Positions 1 through 8,614 of a stretch of 64,000 bases of DNA are shown piece after piece. The translations under genes were made by a program, and so were the position numbers. The notes below the pieces were generated by a model. The model ran no database searches, was not told where the DNA came from, and worked only from the letters and a program-made list of their open reading frames with translations. Origin of the DNA: Armatimonadota bacterium (GTDB lineage Bacteria; Armatimonadota; HRBIN16); contig OY781964.1 of the NCBI GenBank assembly GCA_963677485.1, positions 4,512,696 to 4,576,695 of the forward strand, written 5' to 3'. The first letter of the stretch is position 1; each line of letters starts with the position of its first letter.

Positions 1-7
1 AAAAGAC

Positions 8-451
8 ATGCTAAACGAATTCAAAAGCTTCATCGCCAAGGGAAATGTCATGGACCTGGCAGTCGGCGTGATCATCGGCGGCGCATTCGGTAAGATCGTC
101 TCCTCGCTTGTCTCTGACATGTTGATGCCGCTGATTGGCCTTGTGATGGGCAAAGTCAGTTTTGCCAATTTGTTCCTAAGTCTTGATGGCAACTCATATA
201 AGACCATTGAGGCTGCAAAAGCGGCGGGTGCCGCCACTCTGAACTACGGCCTGTTCCTGCAGGCATTGATCGACTTTCTAATCATCGCAGCGGCTGTGTT
301 CCTGATCGTCAAGGCACTGAATAAGGTGCAAAAACCTGCCGCACCAGCCCCACCAGCTCCTGTGACGACCAAGAAGTGTCAGTACTGCTATTCAGAGATA
401 CCGCTAGAGGCGACCAAATGCGCTCACTGCACATCGCAGCTCAGTGAATAA
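8..451 (+). CDS. mscL: Large-conductance mechanosensitive channel MscL with a C-terminal Pro/Ala linker and a CxxC-x10-CxxC tail
   Basis: N-terminal [44 protein letters not shown] is the canonical MscL TM1 signature. The C-terminal end reads [23 protein letters not shown]. Confidence 0.85.
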   Translation: MLNEFKSFIAKGNVMDLAVGVIIGGAFGKIVSSLVSDMLMPLIGLVMGKVSFANLFLSLDGNSYKTIEAAKAAGAATLNYGLFLQALIDFLIIAAAVFLIVKALNKVQKPAAPAPPAPVTTKKCQYCYSEIPLEATKCAHCTSQLSE

Positions 452-466
452 CTCAGCTTCATTAAG

Positions 467-2965
467 TTGAATTTCGCATATACAGAGTTTGCACAGGCGG
501 GACTGTCCGAGTATGGTCCTGCCTGGATGTGGATATGGAACGATGTGCTGACCGAGGAGAAACTCCGCTTCGAAGTGGGTGATATGCATTCCCGCGCTCC
601 GGGCACGTTGATGCCAGTTCCTGAACCGAAGGAGTTTCGGCCGGATAGCATGGTGACTCGCCTCTCCCCGGAGTATCTGGGCGAGGATTACATGGCCATG
701 TATCGCACCATGGTAGAGCAGACGAAACGGCTGGGCAGTCAGGTATGGATATATGACGAAGGCGGCTGGCCTTCAGGGACGGTCTGCTGGAGTCTACCCG
801 CCAAATATCCGAAATTCCGCAGTCAGTTTATCGTTCAGCAGCAGATCAGCCCACAGCCAGAAGAACGCGTGCTGATACCCGCCGATTGCTTGTGCGCCTT
901 CACGGTGACCGAAGCGAAGACATACACCAAGCTTAGCCCAGGCTCTAAGCTCATCGCCAGGAACGAAACCGACCGAATACTCATTTACCATATCGGCACG
1001 GATCCACACTATACGGACCTTCTCAACCCACAAGCTACGCAGTTATTCATCGATCTGGTGCATGAGAAGTATAAGGCTGCGATCAGCGACCACTTCGGTG
1101 ATACGGTCACCGCGGTGTTCAGTGATGAACCCAAAATGGCCGTCCCCCCGTGGACGAACGGTTTAGCCAAGCTGTTTAAAGAGCGAAGCGGATATGATCT
1201 TCGCGACAGGCTATATGCACTTTTCGAGGGCGATGAACACGAACAAAGGCAGGTTCGTGTGGATTACACCGACCTGATATCCGAGCTGTGGTCACAAACC
1301 TACTTTGGGATGATCCAAAATTGGTGTCGACAGAACCATCTGGAGTTTGTGTGTCATCTGGACAATGATCAGGACCTGGCCAGCCATGCCAGGCATAACG
1401 GGAATCCGATGCGTCAGTACCGGCAGATGGATATCCCTGCGGTGGATGTGATTTGGCGGCAGATCTTCCCCGGAAATCCAACTGACTATTTCCCGAAGTT
1501 CGCTGCCAGTGTGGCTCACCAGCAGGGCAAGCCAAGGGTCTGCTCAGAGACATTCTGTGTGTACGGTAATGGGTTAACACCAGCACAAATGAAGTGGATA
1601 CTGGACTACCAGTTTGTCCGGGGTGTGAACTGGTTCATGCCGGGTGTCTACCAGTATTCCACGCAGGAGTTCTTCCAGGCGGGTGAACGTCCGATTTTTG
1701 GACCTGGTGACCCCCTCTGGAAGCATCTGGGTGGGTATTTCGACTATGTGACGCGACTGAGCTATCTGCTGACCCGCGGCGTGCCGGATGTATCGATCGC
1801 CTTATATGCTCCGTTCAGGGACATCTGGGCTGGTACGCAGTCGGGTGACCCTACCGACCAGATCGCCGTGAAACTTCTTGAGTCGCAGTGCGACTTCGAT
1901 TTGGTCGATGATGATGCACTGGGTGATCCGGCTGCGGTCGCTAACGGTCGGCTCACCGTAGGCGCGATGAGCTACGACACAGTCGTAGTGCCTCAGTGCG
2001 AATGGATGAGTGCTCCTGCGGTCGCTAAACTTCAACAATTTGCGGCATCAGGTGGGCGTGTGCTGTGGGTTGGCGATGAGGTGCCCAGTCACACCGGCTA
2101 CACTCAAATATCTCTGTCAGAGATATCAAGCCACGTCAAGCCTGTTGTTAGAATCACGGCCGGTAATGACAAACTGCGCGTCTGTAGACGACGACTGGAC
2201 GATGGGAGCCTGTATTTCATCACGAATGAGCACACAGAAGAGATCCGCACCACGCTGGAGTTCGATGAGACTTGCTCGCCCGTTATATTAGATGCTGAAA
2301 CCGGCAGTTGCTGGAAGCCACAGAGGACATCGTATGAAGATGGTCGGTGGACCATGCCGTTGACTCTGCCGTTTGCTGGCTCTTGTGTGGTGATGTTCAC
2401 TGAGCGGGATTTGCCGGTGACTGATGAATCTGCGCAACCTGGGGAAGATATGCAGTCGCTGGATAGCGGCTGGAGCTGTCGGAAGCTGAAGTCACATGCC
2501 CTGGGTAACCTTGATTACGATGTGACGGAGCTGCCCAACGAGCCTTATGTGGCGGCATCTCTGGGTGACTGGCAGGATGTATTTGGTGCTGATTTCTCCG
2601 GCGATGGGGAGTACAGCATCGATTTCGAGTGCGATGGTGCTGTGGCAAGCCAGGCTTGTGTGCTGGATTTGGGCGATGTCCGTTATGTGTGCGAGGTGGT
2701 GTTGAATGGTGAATCGCTTGGTGTGCGGCTGTGGCCGTCGTGGACCTTCAACATCGCAGGTAGACTAAAGAAGGGATTCAATATTCTCAAAGTGATCGTG
2801 ACCAACACACTGGCGAACCAGTATGTCTATAGTCATCAGCTTGACGGCTATGCCAGTAAGTACCTCGGCAGTTACCACCAGCGCGCATTAGCATTTGAAC
2901 GTGAGTCAGTGAGCAGCGGATTATATGGACCTGTTGCGATCTGTACGACACAAATACCCGAGTGA
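467..2965 (+). CDS. Large cytoplasmic glycoside hydrolase, GH106-like (alpha-L-rhamnosidase-like) with a GH2-type sugar-binding beta-sandwich at the C-terminus. The TTG start at 467 is uncertain and an in-frame ATG lies at 527.
   Basis: The N-terminal W-x-W-x-W motif (PAWMWIWNDVLTEEKLRFEV) is shared with the paralog at 5301..8555. The C-terminal LDLGDVRYVCEVVLNGESLG...NILKVIVTNTLAN resembles the GH2 sugar-binding jelly roll. No signal peptide is present. Confidence 0.55.
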   Translation: MNFAYTEFAQAGLSEYGPAWMWIWNDVLTEEKLRFEVGDMHSRAPGTLMPVPEPKEFRPDSMVTRLSPEYLGEDYMAMYRTMVEQTKRLGSQVWIYDEGGWPSGTVCWSLPAKYPKFRSQFIVQQQISPQPEERVLIPADCLCAFTVTEAKTYTKLSPGSKLIARNETDRILIYHIGTDPHYTDLLNPQATQLFIDLVHEKYKAAISDHFGDTVTAVFSDEPKMAVPPWTNGLAKLFKERSGYDLRDRLYALFEGDEHEQRQVRVDYTDLISELWSQTYFGMIQNWCRQNHLEFVCHLDNDQDLASHARHNGNPMRQYRQMDIPAVDVIWRQIFPGNPTDYFPKFAASVAHQQGKPRVCSETFCVYGNGLTPAQMKWILDYQFVRGVNWFMPGVYQYSTQEFFQAGERPIFGPGDPLWKHLGGYFDYVTRLSYLLTRGVPDVSIALYAPFRDIWAGTQSGDPTDQIAVKLLESQCDFDLVDDDALGDPAAVANGRLTVGAMSYDTVVVPQCEWMSAPAVAKLQQFAASGGRVLWVGDEVPSHTGYTQISLSEISSHVKPVVRITAGNDKLRVCRRRLDDGSLYFITNEHTEEIRTTLEFDETCSPVILDAETGSCWKPQRTSYEDGRWTMPLTLPFAGSCVVMFTERDLPVTDESAQPGEDMQSLDSGWSCRKLKSHALGNLDYDVTELPNEPYVAASLGDWQDVFGADFSGDGEYSIDFECDGAVASQACVLDLGDVRYVCEVVLNGESLGVRLWPSWTFNIAGRLKKGFNILKVIVTNTLANQYVYSHQLDGYASKYLGSYHQRALAFERESVSSGLYGPVAICTTQIPE

Positions 2966-3000
2966 CCAGACATTCTATTATAGTAAAGGCGGTACGATGA

Positions 3001-4812
3001 ATGTCTCAACATTCACGGTCAGCATGTATCATAGCCATTCTTTCATTGTCAATGTTTGCATCTGCTCAGAAAATGGCACCGATCAACCCGAGTTTAGCTA
3101 GGATCGAGAGCCGAGTAGCTACTGGATTGATGCCATCTGCTGTGATGTTGCCGCCCTACAAGCCCAATATGCATACTCTGGCAGTCTACCCCAGCAGTTA
3201 CGATCTCCGCACGCTGGGTAAGAGTTCTCCCGTGCGCGACCAGGGATATGCTGGCACATGTTGGGCGTTTGCCTCATATGGTTCGATGGAAGGCTGCATG
3301 CGACCCTCAGATACCACTGACTTGTCTGAGATGAATATGGCGAACAGGCACGGCTTTGATGTGCCGAAGGATTGGGGAGGCAACCGGGATATGGCCACCG
3401 CCTTTCTAGCGCGGTGGGATGGGCCGGTCATGGAGTCTGATGACCCCTATCTTGACACTCGTCAGGTCTCTCCAAATACATTCCCGCAATATGGACATAT
3501 GCAGGATGCGATATGGCTGCCACCCAGAAGCTCGTCCACAGATAACGACATTGTGAAGCATTGTATTCTCACATATGGACCTGTGGCGGGTGATTTTTTC
3601 TACAATCCGGATAACTACACTAGCTCAACATCAAGCATCTACAGTGACGCGGTGAATGAGGGTAACCATGCAGTGACCTTTGTGGGCTGGGATGACAACT
3701 ACAGCCGCACGAATTTCAAGGCCGCCAGCGGAATGCCCCCCGGTGATGGGGCCTTTCTATTTCGGAATAGCTGGAGTGACGACTGGGGTCAGGCTGGTTA
3801 CGCATGGATCAGTTACTATGACCGCAACCTGCTTCAGTGGGCATGGTGCTATCCACCTTTGCAACCGGAAGCTAACTACCGGCACATCTACCAGTATGAC
3901 AGGCTGGGCTGGACCCGGAACTTCGGATATGATTCCGACACGGCATATGCGGCGGCGATCTTTCCTGCAGTCGCTACCGAACAGATTGAGTCTGTAGCAT
4001 TTTACACCCCTGTGGTCAACACGAAATATCAGATTAAGCTGTATCTCGATCCAGCTGATACGCCATTGACAGGTGAGGAGTATGGTGTCACAACTGGCCT
4101 CATCGATTTGCCAGGCTACCACACGGTCGTGCTTTCGTCACCTGTGCCTGTCATCAAAGGTCAGAAGTTCTCCGTTGTGGTCAAACTGGTCACACCAGAT
4201 TATAAGTTCCCCATACCATTTGAAGATTATGTGGTTGATTATTCTGTGAATATCAACGCCAACCCAGGGGAAACTTACACAAGCGCAGATGGCATGACGT
4301 GGCGTGATGTCACGATAGATGCCCCCAAAGCTAGCGTGTGCCTCAAGGCGTTTGGTAAACCGGCAGGACTTACCCGCACGATATCAGGGCAGATTGACCT
4401 GGGTGAGAACCTGGGATACCTGCCGTATGTCAATCTACAGGCTCAAATCAGACGCACCGATGTATCGGGTGACACCGTCAGTACTCCACTCTTACGGCAC
4501 CTGAATGGGGAGTACCGTATCGACTGGGTGCCGGCTGGCACCGTCAGCATGCGAGTCTCCGGCTGCCATTACTGTGCCGCTACAGCCACTGGTCTGGGCA
4601 CCAAGACTGGTGACGTGGTGACAGGTTTTTCCTTGATCAATGGCGACGCCGATGGGGATAACCAGGTGAACCTGTTTGATTTGATGGTGCTTGACAGCCA
4701 TTTCGGGAAATCTGACGGCATGGCCGATCTGAATGGCGACGGCATGGTCAACCTGTTCGACTACGTGGTGATAGACCAGAATTTCGGAAGTCAGGGCAGC
4801 CTGTCACTATAA
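3001..4812 (+). CDS. Secreted papain-like (C1 family) cysteine peptidase with a C-terminal type-I dockerin
   Basis: Signal peptide CIIAILSLSMFASAQ. Catalytic Cys in DQGYAGTCWAFASYGSMEG, His in GNHAVTFVGWDDN, Asn/Trp in NSWSDDWGQAGYAWISY. Two Ca-binding dockerin repeats, DADGDNQVNLFDLMVL and DLNGDGMVNLFDYVVI, at the C-terminus. Confidence 0.8.
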   Translation: MSQHSRSACIIAILSLSMFASAQKMAPINPSLARIESRVATGLMPSAVMLPPYKPNMHTLAVYPSSYDLRTLGKSSPVRDQGYAGTCWAFASYGSMEGCMRPSDTTDLSEMNMANRHGFDVPKDWGGNRDMATAFLARWDGPVMESDDPYLDTRQVSPNTFPQYGHMQDAIWLPPRSSSTDNDIVKHCILTYGPVAGDFFYNPDNYTSSTSSIYSDAVNEGNHAVTFVGWDDNYSRTNFKAASGMPPGDGAFLFRNSWSDDWGQAGYAWISYYDRNLLQWAWCYPPLQPEANYRHIYQYDRLGWTRNFGYDSDTAYAAAIFPAVATEQIESVAFYTPVVNTKYQIKLYLDPADTPLTGEEYGVTTGLIDLPGYHTVVLSSPVPVIKGQKFSVVVKLVTPDYKFPIPFEDYVVDYSVNINANPGETYTSADGMTWRDVTIDAPKASVCLKAFGKPAGLTRTISGQIDLGENLGYLPYVNLQAQIRRTDVSGDTVSTPLLRHLNGEYRIDWVPAGTVSMRVSGCHYCAATATGLGTKTGDVVTGFSLINGDADGDNQVNLFDLMVLDSHFGKSDGMADLNGDGMVNLFDYVVIDQNFGSQGSLSL

Positions 4813-4903
4813 AGATGCAATAAAGGCCATCGTGTCCCATGCCTATGGGCATCGATGGCCTACTGCGCGAGCCTGTCAGGGTCAGCTTGTGAGTAACATT
4901 TTG

Positions 4904-5071
4904 TTGCCTATGTCCGGGGCGGTCTGTCATTACACCTGCGGAGGCCACTGTTTATAGACCGCGCCGGTCTCGTTCCTGACACATATCTATCAGGGCTATC
5001 CGCCAGACCGGCGCGGTCTCGAGCCTTCTGCTACCGCTATCCTACGCACAGACCGCCCCGGACATAGGCAA
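4904..5071. repeat. MITE/REP-like nested inverted-repeat element, copy A (inverted relative to copies B and C)
   Basis: Terminal IRs TTGCCTATGTCCGGGGCGGTCTG / CAGACCGCCCCGGACATAGGCAA. Inner IR pair AGACCGCGCCGGTCT / GGCTATCCGCCAGACCGGCGCGGTCT. The reverse complement aligns with the copies at 21154 and 22487. Confidence 0.85.
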
Positions 5072-5300
5072 CGCTTGGCGAACAGCCATTCGCATATCCC
5101 ATATCGCCTCAACGTGACACGTGAGTTACGGTCTGGGCTGCCGTGATAGCACGGGCAGGTGCTTATCGGTCACTGCCGAATATTGCCACCGGACCCAATA
5201 AGCCGCTACTGAGCAGCGGGGACGATTTGTCATACGACACATTGGAGTGGGTGAATCGGCGCTCTGGAGGCAAGCCAGCATCACCGATAAGCCTGTTGGG

Positions 5301-8300
5301 TCAGAGATTGGATACCTCGACCTCGATGCTGTTCTTGCCTGGCCGCAACGCGGATGATATGGCGATACGGTAGGGCTCCGTCCAGGCGCAGCCCATCTGC
5401 TTACCGTTCACCTTCACTGTGCCGATCACCATCACTTTACCAAGATCGAGAAAGACCGCAGGGTTGGCCTTAAGCATATTCGCCGGTATGTAGATATCTT
5501 TAGTGTATGTGGCGGTACCCGAGTAATACTTGATGCCATCCACCGATGACTTACTCCAGGCTTCAAGTTGCTGAAAAACCACAGATGCAGGCCCACCCCA
5601 TTTGGGATCAAAACGCACATTCCACGGGCCAGTAACATCCATCTTCTTGACCAGCACAGGCGTGTTGCTGATAGCTGGTCCCTTGCTGGTGGTCGGTATA
5701 CTGCGGTGGAAGATCATAAACACTGAGCCGTTCGGAGCGAATGTTAGTGGCACGCTTGTGGTTCCGTTGGATTGGGCATACGATGACGCATTCATCATCT
5801 CACCGGTGACGGCATCCCAGATTTCGGGCTGTTTTCCCGTGACTCTGAATCGGCATACAGTTTGCACGCTTGTTGGCTTTGTATTCGTCACAAAGTAGAT
5901 GCGGGTGTTTCCGTCAAGCCTGTGTATGTATTCCAGCGGAGTTTCCTTGGAGGTGGTGCTGTATTGGAAATCGGGTGGTACACCCATACTCAGCAGAACA
6001 GTGCGTTCACTTGAACCCCAGATCACCATCCCTTTACCCAGTCGACGATCACCTGGTTTTTGAGTATCTTGATGACCCCAGATGAGATCAGCCTCTGACT
6101 TCACCGCATTTTGGCTGGCGGGATAGTTGATCAATCCTGGTGCCGTTACCGGCTTCGGACCAATCACTGTCGCGCCTGCTTCGATGAGTTGCCGCAGTTT
6201 CTTGATGACAGCAACTGGCATCGTGTTGGATTCTGGCAGCACGAGCAGCCTGTAGCTCATGCCGTCTGGCAAGACGATGCGACCGTTTCGCACGCTCATG
6301 CGGTGAAGAAGTGCATCGGTGTTGCACACATCGTAGTCGTAGCCTTTGCCCAGGGTCGGTATGGTATGCTTAGGTTCAACCAGGTTCGGCACGTTGGCAC
6401 CATTGTAATAGCAGACATCGCCTACAAACAGTCCCTGCGACAATAGATACTGGCAACGGGCGATGTATCTCAGAAATGCCCCGCTTTGGTTCCACCAGGT
6501 GACATTGCGGCTAAAGTGTGTACCGGCCGCGAACTCATATCCAGGCTTGCCGTCCTCATCACGCACCGTGTTGGATGTGTGTATAAAGAACCGGTTGAAG
6601 CCGTCGCACAGGGCTATATCGGCTGTCGGTTTGAGGTTCGCCAGTGACACCTTCCAGTGGATATCACCATCCAGCGCGGTGAATGATTCGGCGGCAGCGT
6701 ATTTGCTGCCATAAAGATGGGCGGCGGACGATGTCTGCTTACCCACCTTGTTATAGATGCCTTCCTTCCAGTTGCGGCTCTGCCAGAATTCTCCCATAGG
6801 GATGTCCGAAGAGCTCAGGTTCCGCAGAGCGTCCATGGAAGGTGCGTTGGGGTAGCAGGGGCCGCCCGATTCACAGTGCAGACCGATGCCGTCGGCATGA
6901 GCCAGTTCCTGGAAGTGCTTGTAGTGGTTGACAGAAAAGCAGTCTGCCAGCGCCTGGCGGTAGTCGTAAAGGAACCGATCGGATATCTCAGGACTGCCTA
7001 TGGTATACCCCGCGATGACTGGCAGATAGGGTTTGATGTCATATCCTGCAAACTGCTTGAAGTATGTTTCGAAGCCGGGTGTCCAGCTTAGCGATCCCGA
7101 CTCCCAGCTATCTTCGAAAAAATACTTCAGTGTGCTTCCGGCATAAGCTCCCGCGTCTTGAATAAGTGCTTTGGCCGTGGCTTGGTAGTGGATATCGAGG
7201 GCTTTACGGCTGAGGAAGTCTACATGTAGACCACCATCGGCAACACGGCGGTTGCTGATGGTGTAACCCGTACGGATCACAACCCAACTGCCTGAGGGTA
7301 CGACCCAGTCAAGTGAACCATCGGGGTTCATCCTGGAACTCAAGTCTATTACATCGCCGGGTTTTACACTATGAGTGGCAAATACGTCTGATGGTGCTGA
7401 CAGAGATGCTTTCGTGATGTCATGGATTGTGGCCTCTTCAGGCTTGCCATAAGTGTTGAAGTTGGTCTTATAACCGAGAAGCTTTTTCGCCTTTTGAAGG
7501 CTGGCCGATTCTTTTGTTAGGAACTCCGCCTTGACGACCTGCACGTTCCAGGGCGAATAGGCTGAGGTAATCAACAGCCTGAATATCCTTGATGATACTC
7601 CGCCGAGGGGTATCTCAAAATAAGGTGCATCGTTCAGAGTGATGCTCTTCACTGTCCCGAAGCTCTTGCCGTCATCTGACACCTGCACCTGCACGTCCTT
7701 AGGCCCAAAGCCTACTCGCGGCCAGATACGGAGGGCCTTACCGAGTATGGGCTTCGCAAACTCGAATTGAAGCCATTCAGGACGTTCTGGGCTGGGGCGT
7801 TCGGCTGGAGAAGCTCCCGATGAGACCCAGAATCTGGCATCATTCCCGTCTGCGACATTGGAGGCAGGCCAAGTCGGCTGGCTGCTGCTGCCGGTCACAA
7901 TGACACCGTAGTCTACATAGTCATCCGTCAGCCTGATGGCCTGGATCGCGATGTCTTTGTAGTGCTCAGATATCCCTGGGGGCACAGGCAGCATACCGGA
8001 AAACTTCTGAGGTCCACGCAATACCAATCTGGATTGCGTGAGCTCACGGCTGTTATACTCAGGTGTGATCCAGGGACCGCCCATGTCCCAGCCATAGCAC
8101 AAATTGACGCTCATCTCCAGCTTCAGCCTGTGGCATTCTTTGACTGCATGTTTGAAAAGTTCTTGCCAGGCTGGGCTCATGAAGTTTGGACCACTGGGCA
8201 TTGGGCCCGCGGCGTCGATGTAGGCGACTATCATCACGCCACCGATGCCTTTTTCTCTATACTCTTCAAGGTCTTTGGTCAGGCCCTCTTTGCTGGCCCA

Positions 8301-8555
8301 GTTCCTCAGCCAGTACCATAACACACGTGGTTTTGCTTCATCCGGCGGGTCTGTGAAACCACGTGCAAGAGTATCGATTTGAGGTGAACCATAGCACCGA
8401 GACGACGACAAAGTCATCAAAACGAAGCAAATGAGCAGAACCGCTGCGTAACCACACATCAAGCCAAGCCACCATACACTGTATCCGTCCATAGACACCA
8501 GACGGTGGTTCATTGTACACCAGGGGCCACCATGCTTCAATGCGATGGTATCCAT
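5301..8555 (-). CDS. Membrane-anchored/secreted GH106-like glycoside hydrolase with an F5/8-type C (discoidin) domain and a GH2-type sugar-binding C-terminal domain. The probable start is at 8513 (MNHRL...) or 8492.
   Basis: N-terminal hydrophobic anchor YSVWWLGLMCGYAAVLLICFVLMTLSSS. PRVLWYWLRNW motif paralogous to ORF 467..2965. Discoidin-like segment RFWVSSGASP...EWLQFEFAKP. C-terminal LDLGKVMVIGTVKVNGKQMG...NSIEVEVSNL. Confidence 0.6.
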   Translation of the reverse strand: MDTIALKHGGPWCTMNHRLVSMDGYSVWWLGLMCGYAAVLLICFVLMTLSSSRCYGSPQIDTLARGFTDPPDEAKPRVLWYWLRNWASKEGLTKDLEEYREKGIGGVMIVAYIDAAGPMPSGPNFMSPAWQELFKHAVKECHRLKLEMSVNLCYGWDMGGPWITPEYNSRELTQSRLVLRGPQKFSGMLPVPPGISEHYKDIAIQAIRLTDDYVDYGVIVTGSSSQPTWPASNVADGNDARFWVSSGASPAERPSPERPEWLQFEFAKPILGKALRIWPRVGFGPKDVQVQVSDDGKSFGTVKSITLNDAPYFEIPLGGVSSRIFRLLITSAYSPWNVQVVKAEFLTKESASLQKAKKLLGYKTNFNTYGKPEEATIHDITKASLSAPSDVFATHSVKPGDVIDLSSRMNPDGSLDWVVPSGSWVVIRTGYTISNRRVADGGLHVDFLSRKALDIHYQATAKALIQDAGAYAGSTLKYFFEDSWESGSLSWTPGFETYFKQFAGYDIKPYLPVIAGYTIGSPEISDRFLYDYRQALADCFSVNHYKHFQELAHADGIGLHCESGGPCYPNAPSMDALRNLSSSDIPMGEFWQSRNWKEGIYNKVGKQTSSAAHLYGSKYAAAESFTALDGDIHWKVSLANLKPTADIALCDGFNRFFIHTSNTVRDEDGKPGYEFAAGTHFSRNVTWWNQSGAFLRYIARCQYLLSQGLFVGDVCYYNGANVPNLVEPKHTIPTLGKGYDYDVCNTDALLHRMSVRNGRIVLPDGMSYRLLVLPESNTMPVAVIKKLRQLIEAGATVIGPKPVTAPGLINYPASQNAVKSEADLIWGHQDTQKPGDRRLGKGMVIWGSSERTVLLSMGVPPDFQYSTTSKETPLEYIHRLDGNTRIYFVTNTKPTSVQTVCRFRVTGKQPEIWDAVTGEMMNASSYAQSNGTTSVPLTFAPNGSVFMIFHRSIPTTSKGPAISNTPVLVKKMDVTGPWNVRFDPKWGGPASVVFQQLEAWSKSSVDGIKYYSGTATYTKDIYIPANMLKANPAVFLDLGKVMVIGTVKVNGKQMGCAWTEPYRIAISSALRPGKNSIEVEVSNL

Positions 8556-8614
8556 GCTACACTTTAGATGAGTTCACAGATAGTATCTGCAAAATGACCC
8601 CGAAAGGAACCATC

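Noticed and set aside
5143-5373. 76-aa plus-strand ORF in the protease/GH intergenic region
   Set aside because: It overlaps the end of repeat copy A and the 3' end of the convergent GH gene. No start context or motif.
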